Shown here piece by piece: positions 36,869 through 46,973 of a stretch of 64,000 nt of DNA (positions are counted from its first letter, which is position 1; each line of letters starts with the position of its first letter). The translations under genes and the position numbers were made by a program. The notes under the pieces were generated by a model, which saw only the letters and a list, made by a program, of their open reading frames with translations, ran no database searches and was not told the DNA's origin. The DNA comes from a virus. The stretch lies in IMG/VR virus record IMGVR_UViG_3300047369_000529, positions 15,083 to 79,082 of that record. One strand, written 5' to 3'.

Positions 36869-38265
36869 TGATATTAGACATTGAACAAAGAGACAAGGAT
36901 GTAATTATATCATATTACGACACCGAGGGTAAAGTAGCTTTTAAACAATATCCAGTTCAGCAATATCAAAATTGGTATGTATGTGACGGTAAAGATAGAG
37001 GTAGAAGTTTAGACCATAAAAACTGGGACGGAAGATCAGTGAAGCTTGGTAACGCAAGAAGATACAATAAATTTTCTTTAACTTATTTCCTAGACTCTTT
37101 ACCTGAAAAAGATAAAGAAGAAATTTTTGCATATAATATGCCTAAAACATATTTTGTCGATATTGAGACAGAAATTGTTGATGGTTTTCCAAAAGCAGAA
37201 GAAGCAAAAAGTAGAATTCTATCTTTTTCTATTATCACACCTGATCATAAAGCAATTGTTCTTGGATTAGAAGATATGTCTTCTTCTAATATTCAAAAGA
37301 TTGAAGAAGATACTAATAACTATTTTAAGAACTTTGATCAAGATTGGGAATTTAGGTATCATAAGTTTGAAACTGAATATGATATGGTCTACACCTTCTT
37401 AATGAAATTTCTACCTAAGTTTCCAATGATGACAGGCTGGAACTTTATTAACTATGACTGGCAATATATTGTAAACAGATGTAAAAGACTTCAAATAGAT
37501 GTTGCAGAAGTTTCTATGACTCAATCTTTAGATAGAAATGATAGTAGGCCTTTACATATTGGAATCTTAGATTACATGCAACTTTATGATAAGTATGATA
37601 GATCTGTAAAGGTAAAGGAATCTAATGCACTTGATTATGTAGCAGGACAAGTTCTAAATGTAAATAAGATTAAGTTTACAGGTTCACTCCAAGACCTTTA
37701 CAGAGATGATTTTACTAAATACATTTATTATAATGTAGTTGACTCGGTTCTTGTATATTATATCGATCAACAATTAAAGTCAATGGAAGTTCTATTAACT
37801 CTTGCAAACATTACAAAAATGCCTCTCTATAAAGCTGCATCTCCGGTTGCTGTAACAGAATCATTGATTGCAAGAAAACTTTCAGAAGAAGGTAAAAGAA
37901 TTGGCTCAGAATCTAAAGAAGATGGAGAAAAGAATGGACAATACGCTGGGGCTTTTGTAAAAGAACCCATCACAGGGTATTATGAAGGTGTAAGTGCATT
38001 TGACTTTGCTTCTCTATATCCTTCTATTATGAGACAATTTAATATTTCACCAGATTCCTTTATAGAAAAAATAGATTCTAGTGAGATAAAAGAAAGAAGA
38101 AATGACAAAGAAGTTATTGTATGTGAGAACGGAGTTGTATACAAGCAAGAAACTTCAATGTTAAAAAAAATATTAGCAGATCTATATGATCAGCGTAAAG
38201 CATATAAGAATACCTCTTATGAGTATTTTACAAAAGCTGATAAACTTAGAAAAAGATTAAGTTAA
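36868..38265 (+). CDS. 43A: Family B DNA polymerase, N-terminal subunit (exonuclease to first fingers helix)
   Basis: DIET, GWNFINYD, YNVVD, YAGAFVKEP, DFASLYPSIM; lacks KxxxNSxYG and DTDS. Confidence 0.9.
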   Translation: MILDIEQRDKDVIISYYDTEGKVAFKQYPVQQYQNWYVCDGKDRGRSLDHKNWDGRSVKLGNARRYNKFSLTYFLDSLPEKDKEEIFAYNMPKTYFVDIETEIVDGFPKAEEAKSRILSFSIITPDHKAIVLGLEDMSSSNIQKIEEDTNNYFKNFDQDWEFRYHKFETEYDMVYTFLMKFLPKFPMMTGWNFINYDWQYIVNRCKRLQIDVAEVSMTQSLDRNDSRPLHIGILDYMQLYDKYDRSVKVKESNALDYVAGQVLNVNKIKFTGSLQDLYRDDFTKYIYYNVVDSVLVYYIDQQLKSMEVLLTLANITKMPLYKAASPVAVTESLIARKLSEEGKRIGSESKEDGEKNGQYAGAFVKEPITGYYEGVSAFDFASLYPSIMRQFNISPDSFIEKIDSSEIKERRNDKEVIVCENGVVYKQETSMLKKILADLYDQRKAYKNTSYEYFTKADKLRKRLS

Positions 38266-38326
38266 TCTTTTTCTCTCAGGATGGTAGTTAACATATGTAC
38301 TCGAATATATAACACCTATCAACCCG

Positions 38327-38369
38327 AGACCAACTGTCAACAGTGTGGTCTTTTTTAGACTTAGGTCTA
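38327..38369 (+). terminator. Terminator-like hairpin plus second hairpin upstream of nrdB
   Basis: AGACCAACTG-TCAA-CAGT(G)TGGTCT followed by a T run; then TAGAC-TTAG-GTCTA. Confidence 0.55.
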
Positions 38370-38398
38370 TTGTGTAAAAAATTAAGAAAACGTAAATT

Positions 38399-39403
38399 AT
38401 GAATCCATCAATTTTTAAAGAAAGAGTAGAATTTAAGCCTTTTGAATATCCAATATACTATACAGAAGGATGGTTAAAACAGGCACAGGCATTTTGGTTA
38501 CATACCGAAATTTCAATGCAAGGAGATGTAAAGGATTGGAATGAGAATCTTTCTCCTTCTGAAAAAAACTTAGTTGGTAATATTCTTTTGGGGTTTGCAC
38601 AAACTGAATGTGCAGTTTCTGATTATTGGACCAATATGGTCACAGACTGGTTTCCTAAACATGAAATTAGACAAATGGCTATGATGTTCGGTTCACAAGA
38701 AACTATACATGCAACTGCATATTCTTATTTAAACGAAACTTTAGGATTAGATGACTTTTCAGGATTTTTACATGAACCTTCTACTGCCGAAAGATTTGAG
38801 TTCTTAATGAATACCACTTCTGAATATAAGCACAATGATCTTGAACATAACTCAGAGGCAAGGAAAGAAGTTGCTAGATCTTTAGCTATTTTTTCAGCAT
38901 TTGCAGAAGGAGTAGCTCTTTACTCTTCTTTCGCAGTCCTTTATTCCTTTCAAATGAGAAACCTTCTTAAAGGTATTGGCCAACAAATGAAGTGGTCAGT
39001 AAGAGACGAATCTTTACACTCAAAGATGGGATGCCAATTATTTAATCACATGTGCGAAGAATATCCTACACTAAGAGATGAGATAGAAATGGAAGTTAAA
39101 GAGGCAGCAAGGCTTATGATAGATATGGAAATGCAATTTATTAATAAGATGTTTGAAATGGGAGATCTTGAAAACCTAAAAGCTTCCGACTTAAAGGAAT
39201 TTATTAAGAAAAGAGGTAACGAAAAGCTTGCAGAATTAGGTTATTCTTCCGTGTTTGAATATAATAAAGAAGCCGCTTCTGAATTAGATTGGTTTTATCA
39301 CCTCACTGGAGGACACACGCATACTGACTTTTTTGCAATTAGGCCAACTGATTATTCTAAAGCAGGAGAAGATGAAAATTGGGATGAAGATGATTTATTT
39401 TAA
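38399..39403 (+). CDS. nrdB: Ribonucleotide reductase class Ia beta subunit
   Basis: KPFEYP, ETIHATAY, EGVALYSSF, RDESLH, DFFAIRPTDY. Confidence 0.95.
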   Translation: MNPSIFKERVEFKPFEYPIYYTEGWLKQAQAFWLHTEISMQGDVKDWNENLSPSEKNLVGNILLGFAQTECAVSDYWTNMVTDWFPKHEIRQMAMMFGSQETIHATAYSYLNETLGLDDFSGFLHEPSTAERFEFLMNTTSEYKHNDLEHNSEARKEVARSLAIFSAFAEGVALYSSFAVLYSFQMRNLLKGIGQQMKWSVRDESLHSKMGCQLFNHMCEEYPTLRDEIEMEVKEAARLMIDMEMQFINKMFEMGDLENLKASDLKEFIKKRGNEKLAELGYSSVFEYNKEAASELDWFYHLTGGHTHTDFFAIRPTDYSKAGEDENWDEDDLF

Positions 39404-39421
39404 AAGATAATATAAATAAAG

Positions 39422-41269
39422 ATGATTAGAAATTATAATGATGCTCCAAGTCCGGAGTATAACGAAAAGGGAAAAGAAAGAAATTGCGGAGAATCAGAAG
39501 GATGGAAGCTAGGAATAGATTTTCCAGTATGGGCAAACACAGAAGTATATGTTAAAACTGTATCTAAAGGTTATCTTTTAGAAGGAGAAACTCCAAAGGA
39601 CGCATATTGGAGAGTTTCAACAACAGTGGCACATAGGTTAGGAAAACCAGAATTAGCAAGTAAATTTTTCGACTATATGTGGAAAGGATGGTTAAATCTT
39701 GCAACTCCAGTTTTTTCAAACACAGGTTCAGAAAGAGGTCTTCCAATTTCATGTTTCGGGATAGACGTTGCTGATTCAATTCACGATATAGGTTCAAAGA
39801 ATTTAGAATTAATGTTACTTGCTAAACATGGAGGTGGTGTTGGCATCGGAGTAAATCAAATAAGACCGGCAGGGGCAACTATTACAGGAAACGGAACCTC
39901 AGACGGAGTAGTTCCATTTATAAAAATTTACGATTCTACTATTTTAGCAACTAATCAAGGTTCAGTAAGAAGAGGTGCAGCATCAGTTAATATAGATATA
40001 GAACATGATGATTTTTGGGAATGGTTAGAGGTTAGAGAACCTAAGGGTGACGTAAACAGACAATGTTTAAACGTACATCAGTGTATTGTAGTATCTGATG
40101 GGTTTATGCAAAAGATCGAGGCTGGAGATAAAGAAGCTCGTAAAAGATGGGCCGCTGTGATTAGAAAAAGAAGAGCAACGGGAGAACCTTATATAATGTT
40201 TAAGGGTAATATCAATAGAATGAATCCCGATGCATATAAACAAAATGGTTTAAAGGTTTATATGACTAACATCTGTTCTGAGATTACTTTACACACTGAT
40301 GAAAATCATTCATTCGTATGTTGCCTATCTTCTGTGAATCTTAAGAAATACGATGAGTGGAAAGATACTGATTTAATTTATACAGCAACATACTTTTTAG
40401 ATGGAGTACTTCAAGAATTTATTCACAGGGCAAAATACATGAGAGGGTTTGAAAATGCAGTTAGATCCGCAGAAAAGGGAAGAGCATTAGGCCTTGGAGT
40501 CTTAGGATGGCATACATATTTACAAGATAGAAATATTCCATTTGACTCATTATCTGCACAATTTGAAACTAGAAAAATATTTTCACAAATTAAAGTAGAA
40601 AGTGAAAGAGCAAGTAGAGATTTAGCTACAGAATTTGGAGAACCGCTATGGTGTGTAGGAACTGGAATGAGAAACACTCACCTAAGAGCAATCGCCCCTA
40701 CAGTTTCTAATTCTAAATTAGCAGGCAACGTTTCTCCAGGTATAGAGCCATGGGCCGCAAATGTATTTACTGAACAAACAGCAAAGGGAACTTTTATTAG
40801 AAAGAATCCTGCACTTGAAGACATGCTAACTAAGATTAAACAAAATAAGAAAAGTGTATGGGATAAAATATTAGAAGATGGAGGTTCTGTTCAAGGAGTT
40901 GATATATTAGATGAATATTGGGTAAAAGAAGGAAGTAACGATGCTCCAATCAGACAGACTGCCTATGACAAATTAACTGATCATGAAAAAGATCTTTATA
41001 TTTCAGTTAAAGATGTGTTTAGAACATTTAAGGAAATTAATCAGATGGAATTAGTAAAACAGGCGGGAGTTAGACAGCAATATGTAGATCAAGCAGTTTC
41101 TTTAAACTTGGCATTTCCTACTCAAGCAGAACCTAAGTATATTAACCAGGTTCATTTAGAAGCTTACAAACAGGGAATAAAAACACTCTATTATATGAGA
41201 ACTGAATCAGTATTAAGAGGAGATATTGCGCAGCGAGCGATGGATGATTGTTTAGCATGTGACGGATAA
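39422..41269 (+). CDS. nrdA: Ribonucleotide reductase class Ia alpha subunit (no evident ATP cone)
   Basis: LPISCF, GGGVG, RRGA, TNICSEI, VCCLSS, APTVS, TLYYMR, C-terminal CLAC. Confidence 0.95.
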   Translation: MIRNYNDAPSPEYNEKGKERNCGESEGWKLGIDFPVWANTEVYVKTVSKGYLLEGETPKDAYWRVSTTVAHRLGKPELASKFFDYMWKGWLNLATPVFSNTGSERGLPISCFGIDVADSIHDIGSKNLELMLLAKHGGGVGIGVNQIRPAGATITGNGTSDGVVPFIKIYDSTILATNQGSVRRGAASVNIDIEHDDFWEWLEVREPKGDVNRQCLNVHQCIVVSDGFMQKIEAGDKEARKRWAAVIRKRRATGEPYIMFKGNINRMNPDAYKQNGLKVYMTNICSEITLHTDENHSFVCCLSSVNLKKYDEWKDTDLIYTATYFLDGVLQEFIHRAKYMRGFENAVRSAEKGRALGLGVLGWHTYLQDRNIPFDSLSAQFETRKIFSQIKVESERASRDLATEFGEPLWCVGTGMRNTHLRAIAPTVSNSKLAGNVSPGIEPWAANVFTEQTAKGTFIRKNPALEDMLTKIKQNKKSVWDKILEDGGSVQGVDILDEYWVKEGSNDAPIRQTAYDKLTDHEKDLYISVKDVFRTFKEINQMELVKQAGVRQQYVDQAVSLNLAFPTQAEPKYINQVHLEAYKQGIKTLYYMRTESVLRGDIAQRAMDDCLACDG

Positions 41270-41273
41270 AGGT

Positions 41274-41357
41274 GTGGTTTGAAGACCACGTCTTAGGGCC
41301 GAGATAGTTCTCGGATTTTAGAAGCCAGGAGTTCGCTACTTCCTGGCTTCGTTTTTT
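41274..41357 (+). terminator. Three-hairpin 3' element ending in an intrinsic terminator
   Basis: GTGGT..ACCAC; CCGAGA-TAGT-TCTCGG; GAAGCCAGGA-GTTCGCTACT-TCCTGGCTTC followed by GTTTTTT. Confidence 0.8.
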
Positions 41358-41414
41358 ACTGAAACAATTTATGATTTTTGTGTAGAATAATAAACAAATA
41401 AAAATTATACATTC

Positions 41415-42170
41415 ATGAAAATTTCAATCAGTAAGGTCGATTCAAACAACTTCATCGGCTTCGTAAATAGACTTAAAGTAATTGATTCTTTTGTCTATTT
41501 TAAATTAAAGGATGGCGTAGTACAAGCATCAGCTTACTTGCCACAAAGAGATGCAGTTAAGCATCACAGAATGCCAATTGCCCAAGTATTTCAATTAGAA
41601 GACGATGCTATTAAAACAGAAAAAGAATTAAAGATAGCATTCTTTGACGCTTCCAAAATTACAGATGCATTTAAGCAGTTTGACTATGACGCAATTTCTG
41701 CAGAAATAGAATTTGTAGAAAACGAAGAAGATTGTGTAGCAACTACATTTAAAATCTTTAATGACGAATTAGAAATCACATTAGCATGTTCTGAGCCATC
41801 ATTAGGATATAAAGACCTTACGGATTCTCAAATTCAAGGCATTTTTAACACTGAAGCGTCTACTTTCAAGTTTGACTTAGACTATACTTCACTTGCCAAA
41901 GTGAGAAACTTATTCTCATTAGATAAAGAAGAAACATTCTCAATCAATGCAAATGGAAATGGAGTTAAATTATTAGGTAAAACTTATAATATGCTAGTAA
42001 CACCTGATTATGATGGTGATTCAGGAACTAATGTAACTCTTTTCAAAAAATACCTAAATCTTTTAGATAAAGAAGATTATACGGCGCATGTCTTAGACAA
42101 TAGAGTTGTTCTAAGATCTAATGACTCTGAAACCCTATTAACTATTGCAACTTGTCAAACTGCGGAGTAA
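41415..42170 (+). CDS. Putative sliding clamp (gp45-like)
   Basis: 251 aa two-lobed alpha/beta pattern, directly upstream of the polymerase C-subunit; no diagnostic motif confirmed. Confidence 0.55.
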   Translation: MKISISKVDSNNFIGFVNRLKVIDSFVYFKLKDGVVQASAYLPQRDAVKHHRMPIAQVFQLEDDAIKTEKELKIAFFDASKITDAFKQFDYDAISAEIEFVENEEDCVATTFKIFNDELEITLACSEPSLGYKDLTDSQIQGIFNTEASTFKFDLDYTSLAKVRNLFSLDKEETFSINANGNGVKLLGKTYNMLVTPDYDGDSGTNVTLFKKYLNLLDKEDYTAHVLDNRVVLRSNDSETLLTIATCQTAE

Positions 42171-42173
42171 TAG

Positions 42174-43370
42174 ATGGATATAAACACACTGATTAACAAG
42201 CCCGAAGATGACCTTACTAGGGATGAAATGCAAATCTTGGCGGACCATTATCAAACAATGTCCGCCAAGTATACTGCATACGAGCAAGCTGTAAAAGTAA
42301 CGCTTAACTCTATCTATGGCGCATTTGGTAATAAGTGGTTCCACTTCTTCAATATTGATATTGCTGAATCAATTACACTTCAAGGTCAAAATGCAATCTT
42401 ATATTCTGAAAAGATTTTAAATAAGTATTTTCAAGAGTTTTGGCCGAAAGATAGTAAGGTTCATGAACACTTTAGCATTTCTATTAAAAATAAACTTGTA
42501 AGACCTTCTGTAGTTTATATCGATACAGATTCATGTTACGTGCAGTTTGAAGAAATGTACGAATCTATTGAATGGTACGGTGAACAGATGCCTATTGATA
42601 AATTCATCATGGAACTATATAATTTTAGACTTAAAGATTATATTACAGGTGCCATGAAAAAATACGCAGAAGCCACGAACACAGATAACTTCTTGTTTTT
42701 CGAATTAGAAACTATAGCGTATTCTGGAATTTGGTTAGCTAAGAAAAAGTATTTACAGGATATTGCATGGGAAGATAAATTAGAAATAGATGACAGATAC
42801 CCTTCTCTTAAGAAAATTAAGACAATCGGATTTGATACTATTCAGTCTTCCACTCCTACACTTGCGAGAAAGCATTTAACCGAAGCTCTCAAATTAATTC
42901 TTTCTGAGAAACCAACCGCTGACATGTTAAGTAGATTAGTTTCTTTTTTGAAAACTGCAAAGAAAGAGTTTAAAATGGCTAACGTTGACGAAATATCTTT
43001 TAATAAAAGAACAAATAACATTGAAAAATATATCGTAGACGACACCATAGAATTTCAATATGGATTAAAATGTCCTCCAAATGTTAAAGCAGCAGGATTT
43101 TATAATTTCTTAATGAATCAGAATCCTAAGTATAAGAACAAGTATAAAATGATAGGTAATGGTGAAAAACTAAAACTATATCATTGTAACCATAATGTAT
43201 GTGAAATGTATGCATATCAGCCGGGTGCTCATCCGTATGAGATTGCTCCACAAGTAGATTATGAAACTCAATTTGAAAAATCTGTAATAGATCCGATTAA
43301 TAGAGTTTTAACTTCAGTGGGTCTTCAAAGACTAAATAGAAACTTAATTTACTCTACGTCATTATTCTAA
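42174..43370 (+). CDS. 43B: Family B DNA polymerase, C-terminal subunit
   Basis: KVTLNSIYGAFG, AESITLQGQ, YIDTDS, KKKY, SSTP; C-terminal STSLF. Confidence 0.9.
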   Translation: MDINTLINKPEDDLTRDEMQILADHYQTMSAKYTAYEQAVKVTLNSIYGAFGNKWFHFFNIDIAESITLQGQNAILYSEKILNKYFQEFWPKDSKVHEHFSISIKNKLVRPSVVYIDTDSCYVQFEEMYESIEWYGEQMPIDKFIMELYNFRLKDYITGAMKKYAEATNTDNFLFFELETIAYSGIWLAKKKYLQDIAWEDKLEIDDRYPSLKKIKTIGFDTIQSSTPTLARKHLTEALKLILSEKPTADMLSRLVSFLKTAKKEFKMANVDEISFNKRTNNIEKYIVDDTIEFQYGLKCPPNVKAAGFYNFLMNQNPKYKNKYKMIGNGEKLKLYHCNHNVCEMYAYQPGAHPYEIAPQVDYETQFEKSVIDPINRVLTSVGLQRLNRNLIYSTSLF

Positions 43371-43381
43371 AAATAAACAAA

Positions 43382-43567
43382 ATGAATTTTAAAAGTAAAA
43401 TAATAGAATTAGTAAAAACAAACCCCAATAATTACGAACTAGGGGATAAGATTAGAAAACTAATTTGGCCGGAAGTTATCAAAGAACTTGAAGCAGATAA
43501 AAAAGATAAAAATCAAATTAGTATATTTGACGAAATAAAAGAAAGAGAAAATGCTAGATCCAACTAA
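43382..43567 (+). CDS. Hypothetical protein
   Basis: 61 aa; PNNYELG..IR motif and QISIF. Confidence 0.55.
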   Translation: MNFKSKIIELVKTNPNNYELGDKIRKLIWPEVIKELEADKKDKNQISIFDEIKERENARSN

Positions 43568-43739
43568 ACTTAATGAAGAACAACAAGCCTTTGTTGTAAA
43601 ATATAAAGTTATTTACGATAAGTTAATTTCTCTACAAGATAAAATGGATTCTTTAAAGAAAGAATCCGATGTTCTAATAAAAGAACTCGAAACATTAAGA
43701 AAACAAGAAAAAAAATTATTCAAAGATGGCAAAAAATAA
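43551..43739 (+). CDS. Hypothetical coiled-coil protein
   Basis: 62 aa ORF overlapping both neighbours. Confidence 0.55.
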   Translation: MLDPTKLNEEQQAFVVKYKVIYDKLISLQDKMDSLKKESDVLIKELETLRKQEKKLFKDGKK

Positions 43740-44835
43740 AGATTTTACATTTGACGATTTAAATAGCGAATTAGCTAATATAAATCCTTTAGGTTCTATT
43801 ATGGAAAGTTCCAACTTTTCAGAAGTAACAGATTGGATTCACACAGGAAACTACCACTTAAACGCATGCGTATCAGGTTCATTGTTTAAGGGATGGCCCA
43901 ATAATAGATCATCTTCTATTGCAGGTCCTTCAGGAACTGGTAAAACCTTTTTAATGCTAAACACTGTAAGAGAAGCTATTGATAAAGGTTATAGCGTAAT
44001 TTACTATGACTCAGAAGCAGCAGTTGATAAAGAGCAAATGGAAAAGTTCGGAATTGATACTTCTAAGGTAAATTATCAACCAACTAACACTGTTCAAGAT
44101 TTTAGAACTTCTGTAACTACGATTACTAAGAAAATGCAAGAAGCTAAAAGAGCCGGTGGAGAAGTTCCTAAGGTAATGATTATTTTAGATTCAGCCGGTA
44201 ACCTAGCAACTGCGAAAGAAATAGCAGATGCAGCGAGCGGTTCTGATAAATCAGATATGACTAGATCTAAGGTTTTAAAATCTATCTTTAGAATTATAAT
44301 GACCCCATTAGCAGATCTTAAAATACCTTTCTTATTTACAAACCACACATACCAATCTCAATCCTTTATTCCAATGCAAATCGCAGGAGGTGGAACAGGA
44401 CCACAGTATGCAGCATCAATTGTATTGATGTTAAATAAGGCGCAATTAAAAGACGGAGCAGAAAAGGTAGGTATCATAGTTACTGCTAAGCCAGATAAAA
44501 ATAGATTTGCAAAACCACATCCTATTAAGTTTCACTTAAACTTTACAGAAGGTATGAATCCTTATGTTGGATTAGAACAATACGCAACATGGGATATATG
44601 TGGAATCACAAGAGGAAATATCGTAAAAGGAGAAAAGATTCCAAAGGCAACGGCAAGAACATGGATATGTAAACACCTAGACCATACAGTTGCAAACAAA
44701 GATTTCTTTTCAGATCTAGTATTTACGCAAGAAGTCTTAGAGCAAATTGAAGCTCACATTCAACCAATATTTAACTACAATACTGAGATTTCTCAAATCG
44801 ATGTTGAAGAAATGTTAGAAGACAGTGAAGCATAA
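43726..44835 (+). CDS. uvsX: RecA-like recombinase UvsX
   Basis: AGPSGTGKT, YDSE, LDSAGNL, TNHTY, GGGTGPQY. Confidence 0.92.
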   Translation: MAKNKDFTFDDLNSELANINPLGSIMESSNFSEVTDWIHTGNYHLNACVSGSLFKGWPNNRSSSIAGPSGTGKTFLMLNTVREAIDKGYSVIYYDSEAAVDKEQMEKFGIDTSKVNYQPTNTVQDFRTSVTTITKKMQEAKRAGGEVPKVMIILDSAGNLATAKEIADAASGSDKSDMTRSKVLKSIFRIIMTPLADLKIPFLFTNHTYQSQSFIPMQIAGGGTGPQYAASIVLMLNKAQLKDGAEKVGIIVTAKPDKNRFAKPHPIKFHLNFTEGMNPYVGLEQYATWDICGITRGNIVKGEKIPKATARTWICKHLDHTVANKDFFSDLVFTQEVLEQIEAHIQPIFNYNTEISQIDVEEMLEDSEA

Positions 44836-45146
44836 TGGAGTTAAATATAAACAAGATAGATGAGGATAAGTTGCCTATAAAATATGTATTAGGTATTCAA
44901 GAAGAGCTCGAATCTTTTCCAGATGCATTTGACATATTACATATATTTATTACAAGGGCGGTAAGGCAACCTGATAGACAAAAGGCAAGTTTTACTAAAC
45001 ATGCTCTTAAAAAATATTTTGCAAAAGGAAAAGACGAGAATATAGAAAAAGGATTAGAAGAAGCAATAGGAATGGGTCTTATAGAACAGACCAATGAAAA
45101 CGAAGGAAAGGAAGCATATAAAATAAAAATAAATCCTTTCCTATAA
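44835..45146 (+). CDS. Hypothetical protein (possible winged helix)
   Basis: 103 aa ORF between uvsX and the helicase. Confidence 0.5.
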   Translation: MELNINKIDEDKLPIKYVLGIQEELESFPDAFDILHIFITRAVRQPDRQKASFTKHALKKYFAKGKDENIEKGLEEAIGMGLIEQTNENEGKEAYKIKINPFL

Positions 45147-45209
45147 TGATTATCCAAATCAAAAAAACAAAAAAAGAATTAACAGTAGAATAACTATAAA
45201 AAAACAAAT

Positions 45210-46523
45210 ATGAAGTTTGGACCCGATTTTGAAAAAATATTCTTTAAGTTATCTCTACAAAAACCTAAATATTTAGGCAATATTAAGAGAGGATTTTATA
45301 CCTCTGAAGATATAGACTTAATTCATTTTTTAACCACTAAATTCTACGATAAGTTTCACGAAACTCCAACTAATGAGCAAATGAAACTACTTATCAAAAA
45401 TGATAAGATAGCTGGAAAAGTAGAAGAATCAATAGTAGATATAGTATATGACGTAGACCTAGATCAATATGATGAAGAATGGTTAACTTCTACTGCAGAA
45501 GCATGGATAAAATGGCGTAATTTTGATAACACTCTTATCGATACAATAGAGTATATCAAAACTACCGAAGTAACACCGGATAATGCAGACTCGATCATCT
45601 CTAAGGTTAAAACTTTAATTAATGATAGAAACTCAATCGTATTTAATTCTGATCTTGGATTAGACTTCTTTAAACCCGAAGACCACTCTTTTGAAGATGC
45701 TGAAAAGGTTTCCACAGGATATAATTTTTTAGATAGAGCCCTTAACGGAGGATACGATAAAGATGGATCTTTAGTAGTTTATGTAGGTGAACAGAACATC
45801 GGTAAATCGATTTATCTTGCAAATGATGCAGCAAACTTTGTTAAGATGGGAACTAACACTGCAGTTATAACAGCGGAAATGTCAGCTCCTAAATTTATGA
45901 AAAGAATAGGTTCTAATTTATTAGGAATTGATATATCTGATTACGAAGAAAAATCTAAGAACGCAGATTTAATTAAAAGAAAGTTAGAAACAGTAGGAGA
46001 CGGATTTACCCCACCTGGTCAATTATTTGTTAAACAATTTCCAACTTCACAGGCGACGGTCCCAGATATTGAAGCCTATTTAAAACAAATTGAAGAAGAA
46101 AGAAAAATAAAATTAGGAGCAGTTGTTATTGACTACATCAACATTCTTTCTAATTTTAGAAATCCTAATTCTGAAAATACCTATTTAAAGATCAAGCAGA
46201 TAGCAGAAGATCTTAGAGCAATGGGCGTAAGAAACGGTTGGTTAATCGTAACGGCTACTCAAATTACAAGAAACGGATATAACTCTAGTGATATCACAAT
46301 GACAGACGTTGCAGAATCAGCTGGTCTTTCACATACAGCAGATATCATGTTAGGTATTATTCAAGATGATATCATGAGAGCTAGCTACGAGTATTGGCTC
46401 AAAATACTCAAAATAAGAGACGGTGAAGGTAGAGGTTCTAAATGTAAATTAGGCATTAACTATAATTACATGAGGCTTACTGAAACTGACGAAGTTACTA
46501 ATTCTAATATACACAGTTTATAA
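45210..46523 (+). CDS. 41: Replicative helicase (T4 gp41-like)
   Basis: GEQNIGKS, TAEMS, KQFPT, IDYIN, AEDLR, TATQ..R, AESAGL..TAD. Confidence 0.92.
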   Translation: MKFGPDFEKIFFKLSLQKPKYLGNIKRGFYTSEDIDLIHFLTTKFYDKFHETPTNEQMKLLIKNDKIAGKVEESIVDIVYDVDLDQYDEEWLTSTAEAWIKWRNFDNTLIDTIEYIKTTEVTPDNADSIISKVKTLINDRNSIVFNSDLGLDFFKPEDHSFEDAEKVSTGYNFLDRALNGGYDKDGSLVVYVGEQNIGKSIYLANDAANFVKMGTNTAVITAEMSAPKFMKRIGSNLLGIDISDYEEKSKNADLIKRKLETVGDGFTPPGQLFVKQFPTSQATVPDIEAYLKQIEEERKIKLGAVVIDYINILSNFRNPNSENTYLKIKQIAEDLRAMGVRNGWLIVTATQITRNGYNSSDITMTDVAESAGLSHTADIMLGIIQDDIMRASYEYWLKILKIRDGEGRGSKCKLGINYNYMRLTETDEVTNSNIHSL

Positions 46524-46524
46524 T

Positions 46525-46971
46525 ATGAGAACAAAAAGAGATAAAATATTTGACAATACTTTCGAAGATGGTGGTGACTTTGAGTTAAACGGATCGATTT
46601 CATTTAATCTTAATCCACAGTACACTGATAATAGGGATGAAGAAGAAAAAATAGAAAGCGAGCAAATTAGAAATAAAATTCACGAACTAATTACTAATTC
46701 TAGATTTAAAAAATTTAATGAAATAGATGAATTTCAACAAATAACTAAATTAAGAAAATTAGATATTAATGAAGTTTACGGGTTTATGTATGATGAGCTA
46801 CACGACAGATATTCTATAATTGATCTTTTTTCAGAATTATGTGACTACTTTAACATTAATCCAACCAAATTCTATTCTTCATTAAGTAACAAATATAAAG
46901 AAGACCTCATTCAAGAACTTGATAAAAAGACTAACGTCCTACAAAGAAAGAATATAAATAAACTTTTTTAA
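46525..46971 (+). CDS. Hypothetical protein, possibly gp33-like late-transcription coactivator
   Basis: C-terminal IIDLF.ELCDY.NI...LS.KYKEDL..EL pattern and NKLF tail. Confidence 0.35.
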   Translation: MRTKRDKIFDNTFEDGGDFELNGSISFNLNPQYTDNRDEEEKIESEQIRNKIHELITNSRFKKFNEIDEFQQITKLRKLDINEVYGFMYDELHDRYSIIDLFSELCDYFNINPTKFYSSLSNKYKEDLIQELDKKTNVLQRKNINKLF

Positions 46972-46973
46972 TT

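Noticed and set aside
38266-42173. Intron or split intein joining the two polymerase halves
   Set aside because: The interval holds ordinary genes with their own promoter and terminators; neither polymerase end shows intein motifs
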